Under the pieces are notes generated by a model. The model did not search any database. It was not told the DNA's origin and saw only the letters and a program-made list of their open reading frames with translations. Shown piece after piece: positions 58,168 to 64,000 of a stretch of 64,000 nucleotides of DNA. Positions within the stretch are counted from its first letter, which is position 1. The number at the start of each line of letters is the position of its first letter. Made by a program: the position numbers and the translations under genes. The stretch comes from Fidelibacterota bacterium (GTDB lineage Bacteria > Fidelibacterota > UBA8477 > JABMPR01), in the NCBI GenBank assembly GCA_016844945.1, contig JAERTJ010000086.1, positions 36,180 to 100,179 of the forward strand. The letters are read 5' to 3'.

Positions 58168-59433
58168 TTAACCCTCATCGATACTACTGGTATTCAGGGG
58201 CCAAAAATACTTTAATGCCTCATCAAGATGGGCTCTCCAGGCACCCCATGAATGTCCCTCATGCCATATCATCCATTGGGTGTTCCAGGAGTTGCTCTCT
58301 AAAATATTGTAAAGATTAGAAGAACTATTATAAATAGAGGGCTCATAGGTGCCAGCATCCATAAAAATTTTTACAGGTAAGACAGACTGATCCTCATATT
58401 GTTCAATAATGTCACCAAACCAGATTGCTGGACTATAGGCTCCACAATTTCCGAATACTTCAGGATGTTGAATTGTGAACAAAAGTGAGGTCAATCCCCC
58501 CAGACTCACACCTGCTATTGCCCGGTATTGAGGATCGTTCATGGTTCGGTAATCTGTATCAATCCAGGGTACAAGTTCATTTACGAACATTTCCATAAAG
58601 TCATAGTCATAGGAATATTCTTCATTTCGATTTGTGGGATCGACAAATACACCAATGATTGGTGGAATAGCTTCGGTAGCGATGAGGTAATCCAGTACGT
58701 TGGCTGCATATCCAAGAGAAACATATTCTGAACCATCGTGAAAGTAGATGCTGCGGTAAGAGACTCCTGTATCATCATATTCAGGTGGTGTATAAATTCT
58801 TACTGATCGCGTACGACCTAGAGTCGTGTCTGAAAATGTTGTAGAAGTGATTCTACCATGGGGAAAATCAAATGCTTGAATTTCTTCAGGTTGAATATAG
58901 CTACCCATGGATAATTCTGAATTAGGTCCATAGCCTCCAGCGCAAGTATGCGGATTTAAAGGGTCCAGTATCCAATTCCCGTTCACCACTAATTTATAGT
59001 CCAATCGAGCATCTATTTCAAAGGTGTAGACTGCATAAAATAGATTGGTACCCGTTAATTGATTAAATGTGTGATCTGTGGGATCCCAGCCGGTAAAATC
59101 TCCTGCAACAGCCACCTCTGCAGTCGGTGAGTTTGTGTATAGAAATACAGCCGTTGTATCCTCAACAAAAGGAATCCCTGTCAAACTGTCCGCCCAGAGC
59201 AAAAAAGAGTCTACCATTGCCTGTTTCTGATCTGCAGGTGCTTGGTAGACTGAAGTAATAAAATTTTCAAAAGTGCCAGACTCAACTGTCTGTCGGACTT
59301 TGGTGGCTAAAAACTCTGCAGCCTCGGGAATAGTTGGTCCTTGACTCTCTGGAGCCATCCAACAGGATTGGAGGAATAGCAAACCTACGATTATGAGATT
59401 CGCAGGGCGACTTAAATCAATTTTTGGAAGCAT
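58168..59433 (-). CDS. Esterase-D/enterochelin-esterase-like alpha/beta hydrolase with an N-terminal CBM48/E-set-like module.
   Basis: VAGDFTGWDP...YKLVVNGNWILDP in the N-terminal module, and the nucleophile elbow IAGVSLGGL. Confidence 0.75.
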   Translation of the reverse strand: MLPKIDLSRPANLIIVGLLFLQSCWMAPESQGPTIPEAAEFLATKVRQTVESGTFENFITSVYQAPADQKQAMVDSFLLWADSLTGIPFVEDTTAVFLYTNSPTAEVAVAGDFTGWDPTDHTFNQLTGTNLFYAVYTFEIDARLDYKLVVNGNWILDPLNPHTCAGGYGPNSELSMGSYIQPEEIQAFDFPHGRITSTTFSDTTLGRTRSVRIYTPPEYDDTGVSYRSIYFHDGSEYVSLGYAANVLDYLIATEAIPPIIGVFVDPTNRNEEYSYDYDFMEMFVNELVPWIDTDYRTMNDPQYRAIAGVSLGGLTSLLFTIQHPEVFGNCGAYSPAIWFGDIIEQYEDQSVLPVKIFMDAGTYEPSIYNSSSNLYNILESNSWNTQWMIWHEGHSWGAWRAHLDEALKYFWPLNTSSIDEG

Positions 59434-59454
59434 ATGATGGTTGAATACCCTTTT

Positions 59455-59491
59455 TAAAAAAACGGGGTGGAGAAAAACCTCTCCACCCCGT
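59455..59491 (-). terminator. Rho-independent terminator after the LTD/CBM gene.
   Basis: A 12-bp stem ACGGGGTGGAGA/TCTCCACCCCGT, followed on the minus strand by TTTTTTTA. Confidence 0.8.
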
Positions 59492-59517
59492 CTAATATTA
59501 CATCAATCGCATGGCGA

Positions 59518-62500
59518 TTATTTCAGCATGAGCATTTTCTTGCTGAAGTTCTGGTTTCCTGCAGTCAGTGTATAAATATACAGACCGCTGGGGATCATGT
59601 TACCTGAGTTATCCAGGCCATCCCATGTGACGGAATAGTTTCCGGCAACGAGATAAGCTGTCTTCAGGGTACGAACTTCCTGACCAAGTGCATTGTAGAT
59701 GGTCAGAACAACATTGTTAGCTTCTGGAAGCGCAATATTGATAGTTGTCGTTGGGTTGAAGGGGTTTGGATAGTTCTGGCTCATTGCATAAGACGTTGGA
59801 ATGCCAGGCAATGATTCGATTGATAGCGGTTCACATGATTGTGGGAATGGTAGTGCTTCGTCGGTATTGTGTTCACCAAAGCAATGTTCATCCATCATGT
59901 AAGTTGGGTTGGTATCATCAATAGTGAAATCACGATTCTGAGCAAAGCCAGCCTCGTTATCCAGGGAGTTGATACCATATTTAATCTGCTGTGCTTTTGC
60001 CTGACCCGCAGTATAGAGATAGGTATATGAATATTTGAGACCTTCAGTATCGGTCTGGGTCATTGCCCATTCACCAACACAAGTCACATCATTACCCCAA
60101 TCCCACCATTGGCTGAGAACACCATTAATGGTAACACCATTAACTTCAGACCACAGGGTGATATCATCTGACCCTGTCTGGGTATCGATGAGGGTATCAC
60201 CAGCGTCCAGGGCACGATAAGCAGAGGAGATATCAAGGCTGAAAGTCACTGTAACATCCTGTGTGATTATATCAGCAGGTGTCACGTCTGCAAAATAAGC
60301 AACGGGTTGGATGATTTCACCGTAGCCATCAGAATCTGTATCTACTTCTTCACCTGTCGCTGAGAATGAACGGTTTGGTGAACCTTCCCAGATTGCTTGA
60401 TCAACATCACCACCGGTAAGAATTACGAATTTGTATTCGTAACCTGACCCGACCGGTACAGCGTCAAAGCTAGAGAGATGTGTATAGACATTGGTCTGCT
60501 CTGGGTCAAGAGTCATTTCAATTGCACCACCCCAGTCACCATAATTAGCATGGCCACCGCGGATAACAATCAAGTCACCATTGTCAGGATCATAGTTGCC
60601 ATTCAGAATCTGAACGGTCATATCAACCTGGACAAAAACTTCCACATCTGTGGTTCCAACAGGTTCCTGATTATCAAACCAAACTGTAGGCAGAACATTG
60701 TCGCCATCTACAACTGTATAGGTACGATTCTCAATCGTTTCCCATGAAGTACCATTGATATGGAACTTGTATTCCATTGCACCAGCAGGTGCATTAAAGG
60801 TACCCGTGTAGATACCATCAGCATCATCGTCGGACAGTGGATCAGCGCCCCAACCGTTCAGGGTACCAGCTACACTGACAACGTCTGTACCGACTACGAA
60901 GTTACCCAGAGTGATCTGGAAACTCATATCAACACTAAATGTGACAGGAAACCCAGGAACATATGGATGTGATCCAAGACCATCAATGAAATCTTGTTCC
61001 ATGACAATCCACTGTGAATCGTCAGCATCTGTACCAACTGAGTTGGCCCAGATATCTCCAGAAACAACACTGGCTTTACGTATGAGTGTATGATCTTTTG
61101 TAGCATCTACAACACCTGCAACTGCCCAACCGTCACCAGGATCAACACCATCTACACCGATGTAATCGATGAACATGCCATTTTTCAACAAGGCGATACC
61201 ATCATCACCATTATGATGTACTGGACTTTCATATTCGAGTGCTGTGTCAGCTACAGCCAACATAGCTTCATTGGCATCAGTTGCAGCAATCACATAGACA
61301 TCACCAGCAGCAAGCATTCCAGTCAGTGCGAAATCTCTATCGCCACCGTCGCCCCAGGCAGTACCGTTGTTGGTACCCACGACTGAGTAAGCAGAGAGGT
61401 CAACATCTGCACCAGTGGGATTATAGATCTCGACTGCTTTGTTACTTGAACTACCTTCAATGTATTCTGAGATAAATAGTTCTGGTCCCATAGGTCCACA
61501 AATCTGTGGGAAGGGGAGGTTGGCATCAGTGTTCTGCTCACCAAAACAGAGGTTATCCAGTGTAAAGGTCGCAGCGGCATCATCAACGATGAAATCACGG
61601 TTCTGTGCGAAGCCAGCTTCATTGTCGAGTGAGTTGATACCGAATTTACATTGCTGAGCTTTTGCCTGTCCAGCTGTATATAGATATGAGAAGGTATAGA
61701 GGTAACCATCGTCATCCGTCTGGGTCATTGCCCATTCACCAGCACAGGTCACATCATTACCCCAATCCCACCACTGGCTGAGAACACCATTAATGGTAAC
61801 ACCATTAACTTCAGACCACAGGGTGATATCATCTGACCCTGTCTGGGTGTCAATGAGGGTATCACCGGCAGCTAGTGCACGATAAGCTGGAGAGATATCA
61901 AGGTTGAATGTTACAGTAACATCCTGTGTGATAATATCAGCAGGTGTTACGTCTGCAAAATAGGCAACGGGTTGGATGATTTCGCCGTAGCCATCAGAAT
62001 CTGTATCCACTTCATCGCCTGTGGCGGAAAATGAGCGGTTTGGTGAACCTTCCCAGATTGCTGCATCGACATCACCACCAGTAAGAATAACGAATTTGTA
62101 TTCGAATCCTGAACCAAGAGGCACAGCGTCAAAACTGGAGAGATGTGTATAGACATTGGTCTGCTCTGGATCCAGAGTCATTTCAATTGCACCACCCCAG
62201 TCGCCATAATTAGCATGACCACCACGGATAACAATCAAGTCACCATTGTCTGGATCGTAGTTGCCATTCAGAATCTGAACGGTCATATCAACCTGGACAA
62301 AAACTTCCACATCTGTGGTTCCAACAGGTTCCTGATCGTCAAACCAAACTGTAGGCAGAACATTTTCACCATCTACAACAGTATACGTACGGTTTGCAAC
62401 ATTTTCCCATGTCGTTCCATTGATATGAAACTTGTATTCCATTGGTCCTGCGACAACATCAAAAGTACCTTCATAGATACCATCAGCATCATCATCAGTA

Positions 62501-63243
62501 AGGGGACTACCGCCCCACCCATTGAGAGTACCAGCAACGTTGACAACATCAGTTCCGACAACAAAGTTACCCAATGTGATCTGGAAACTCATGTTAACAG
62601 AAAAAGTAACCTGTTCTGGTTCGATATATGGATGTGATCCAACTGAACCAAAAAAGTTCTGCTCAAAAACAAGCCATTCAGATGATGCTTCATCAGTACC
62701 TGCACCAGCGGTAAAATCTGTATTACCTGCTGTGACGCTTGCCTTGCGAACAAGCGTATGATCTTTTGTAGCGTCTGTTACACCAGCTACATCCCAACCT
62801 GAACCGGGATCAGTTAGATCGTAAACACCAATAATATCTATAAGGGTAGTGTCTGTGCCAGCCATGTGGAATAGCCCACGGACATCATCACCATTAAAGA
62901 CTGTCATAAATGATGAACCACCAGCATATGGGTTCATTACAAGCGAATCAGCATGCATTGCAAGACCTGCGCTATCAGCGTCCAGGTGAGCAACGACATA
63001 AACATCGCCGTCTGCTACAGTTGTACCCACAGGAAATCTTAGGGTATCACTGTAGGGGTTGCCATTGTAATTTCCAAGTACCAGATAATCAGCCAAATCG
63101 ATGGCTGCACCTGATCCATTGTAAATTTCAAAAGCTTTGTTGTCGCCACTTCCTTCAATGTATTCAGAGAAAAATACACTGGTCTGTCCCATTGCAGACA
63201 GAGCTAGAAGGGCAAACAAGGTTACTAGTAATAAGCGTTTCAC
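59518..63243 (-). CDS. Non-catalytic surface protein with the architecture 2 x (lamin-tail domain + three CBM20-like glucan-binding modules) + T9SS C-terminal domain.
   Basis: FFSEYIEGSGDNKAFEIYNGSG and FISEYIEGSSSNKAVEIYNPTG are LTD motifs. Recurring ..G.W......eYKF......WE...NR.F units look CBM20-like. The C-terminal domain reads QNYPNPFNPTTTINI...KKMLMLK. Confidence 0.85.
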   Translation of the reverse strand: MKRLLLVTLFALLALSAMGQTSVFFSEYIEGSGDNKAFEIYNGSGAAIDLADYLVLGNYNGNPYSDTLRFPVGTTVADGDVYVVAHLDADSAGLAMHADSLVMNPYAGGSSFMTVFNGDDVRGLFHMAGTDTTLIDIIGVYDLTDPGSGWDVAGVTDATKDHTLVRKASVTAGNTDFTAGAGTDEASSEWLVFEQNFFGSVGSHPYIEPEQVTFSVNMSFQITLGNFVVGTDVVNVAGTLNGWGGSPLTDDDADGIYEGTFDVVAGPMEYKFHINGTTWENVANRTYTVVDGENVLPTVWFDDQEPVGTTDVEVFVQVDMTVQILNGNYDPDNGDLIVIRGGHANYGDWGGAIEMTLDPEQTNVYTHLSSFDAVPLGSGFEYKFVILTGGDVDAAIWEGSPNRSFSATGDEVDTDSDGYGEIIQPVAYFADVTPADIITQDVTVTFNLDISPAYRALAAGDTLIDTQTGSDDITLWSEVNGVTINGVLSQWWDWGNDVTCAGEWAMTQTDDDGYLYTFSYLYTAGQAKAQQCKFGINSLDNEAGFAQNRDFIVDDAAATFTLDNLCFGEQNTDANLPFPQICGPMGPELFISEYIEGSSSNKAVEIYNPTGADVDLSAYSVVGTNNGTAWGDGGDRDFALTGMLAAGDVYVIAATDANEAMLAVADTALEYESPVHHNGDDGIALLKNGMFIDYIGVDGVDPGDGWAVAGVVDATKDHTLIRKASVVSGDIWANSVGTDADDSQWIVMEQDFIDGLGSHPYVPGFPVTFSVDMSFQITLGNFVVGTDVVSVAGTLNGWGADPLSDDDADGIYTGTFNAPAGAMEYKFHINGTSWETIENRTYTVVDGDNVLPTVWFDNQEPVGTTDVEVFVQVDMTVQILNGNYDPDNGDLIVIRGGHANYGDWGGAIEMTLDPEQTNVYTHLSSFDAVPVGSGYEYKFVILTGGDVDQAIWEGSPNRSFSATGEEVDTDSDGYGEIIQPVAYFADVTPADIITQDVTVTFSLDISSAYRALDAGDTLIDTQTGSDDITLWSEVNGVTINGVLSQWWDWGNDVTCVGEWAMTQTDTEGLKYSYTYLYTAGQAKAQQIKYGINSLDNEAGFAQNRDFTIDDTNPTYMMDEHCFGEHNTDEALPFPQSCEPLSIESLPGIPTSYAMSQNYPNPFNPTTTINIALPEANNVVLTIYNALGQEVRTLKTAYLVAGNYSVTWDGLDNSGNMIPSGLYIYTLTAGNQNFSKKMLMLK
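59830..63180 (-). repeat. Intragenic tandem duplication of a ~1.65-1.70 kb unit (units at ~59830-61482 and ~61483-63180).
   Basis: Long stretches are near-identical at DNA level (for example 60481-60740 vs 62146-62405). The peptide QEPVGTTDVEVFVQVDMTVQILNGNYDPDNGDLIVIRGGHANYGDWGGAIEMTLDPEQTNVYTHLSSFDAVP is identical in both units. Confidence 0.9.
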
Positions 63244-63285
63244 ACTTACCTCCTTTGGTTTGTTTAAATCAGACTAATATTACGA

Positions 63286-64000
63286 CTAGAAATCCAGTGC
63301 GATGCTAAAATTCTGGATATCCTGTAATCTTCCAAAATACTCGTAGCCATAATCAAAACGCACTTTGAGACCACGCATGGGGATATGTAGTCCAACACCC
63401 ATGGTGACACCTTCTTCCGTATCCTCCAGGAAAAGTGCTTTTTGACCGGCACGAACAAAAAACTTATTCAACAAGACATACTCAAAACCAAGATTGACGC
63501 TTTCATAGTTATTGTTGGGATGGATTGCATCCACAGCCATAGAAAGACTCATCAAATCATTGCGATAAAGGTCTAGAGCGATTCCAGCGCGAAAGATCAG
63601 GGGTAAATTGTAGTATCCTGTTTCCAGCGCTGACACGATTTTATTGTTATTTCCGTAGAACTCAGGAGCTACATCATAGAAGTGTTGCAGATCCGAACCA
63701 CTCATTCGCATGGGCAATCCAAAATTGGAAATACTCATTCCCATAGTCATTCCACGAAAATCTGTTTTATAAAGCGTACCCACATCCACAGCCACTGAAT
63801 AAGCAGATTCATGCCAGATGGTCTGACTGATAAATTTGATGGTACCTCCAATGGAGAATTTATCTGTCATAGCTCTGGCAACGGTCAAACCTATAGCCAT
63901 ATCCGTAGCACCAAAAGTCAGACCCGTACCTTCTGGGTCTTCGATGGTTGTATGGAGTAACTGCCCATAATCAAGGACGGTTGCAGATAGGCCGATGGTT
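63286..64000 (-). CDS. Outer-membrane beta-barrel protein, PorV/PorQ-like (T9SS-associated). The 5' end lies outside the window.
   Basis: The frame is open to position 64000 by my own translation. It has alternating beta-strand patterns, a C-terminal ...SIALDF with terminal Phe, and sits directly upstream of a T9SS cargo gene. Confidence 0.5.
   Translation of the reverse strand, partial: TIGLSATVLDYGQLLHTTIEDPEGTGLTFGATDMAIGLTVARAMTDKFSIGGTIKFISQTIWHESAYSVAVDVGTLYKTDFRGMTMGMSISNFGLPMRMSGSDLQHFYDVAPEFYGNNNKIVSALETGYYNLPLIFRAGIALDLYRNDLMSLSMAVDAIHPNNNYESVNLGFEYVLLNKFFVRAGQKALFLEDTEEGVTMGVGLHIPMRGLKVRFDYGYEYFGRLQDIQNFSIALDF

Noticed and set aside
59830-63180. The repeated ~1.7-kb units considered as a CRISPR, satellite or mobile-element repeat.
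   Set aside because: The units lie in frame within one long ORF and encode collinear protein domains. This is an intragenic duplication, not a CRISPR array or IS.

Overview
This 64-kb bacterial window is densely coding and moderately AT-rich. Three proteins end in near-identical T9SS-type C-terminal sorting domains (..NYPNPFNPST.. ending ..KKM(I/L)L(L/V)K). That points to an uncultured member of the FCB superphylum or a neighbouring lineage; this placement is inference only.

Content from left to right:
- 1-10049 (minus): a four-gene envelope operon of DUF11-type repeat proteins. It includes a 2240-aa protein with two OmpA-like modules.
- 10050-11505: a ~1.4-kb AT-rich non-coding region upstream of that operon, full of TGACA/TGTCA palindromes and one perfect TGTGA-N6-TCACA site.
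- 11.5-29 kb: housekeeping and redox genes (pgi, flavin reductase plus a membrane HdrD-like Fe-S protein, a KamA-family radical SAM enzyme, argF, hslVU, hflKC, rhodanese/MauE). Two tandem paralogous FN3 lipoproteins and tRNA-Lys(UUU) also lie here.
- 29-37.5 kb: signalling, secreted and hypothetical genes (HD-GYP, a T9SS-tagged TolB-like propeller, a TPR/HTH protein, a double ABC ATPase).
- 38-46.8 kb: a Cu/Ag-type efflux island (cusCBA-like, CopZ-like, several HMBD modules, a half-size UPF0016 gene).
- 46.9-64 kb: a one-strand alpha-glucan utilisation locus. It holds a debranching-type enzyme, two GH13 enzymes, a fused MalE-MalF, a MalG-like permease, an esterase, an internally duplicated LTD/CBM surface protein and a PorV-like barrel.

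I recognised no rRNA, CRISPR array, transposase or integrase.

The best candidates for something undescribed are the DUF11/OmpA operon with its unusual control region, the SusCD-less T9SS-plus-ABC alpha-glucan locus, and a hairpin motif with a conserved 13-nt loop shared by two unrelated intergenic regions. All functional calls rest on motif recognition by eye. No database search was run.
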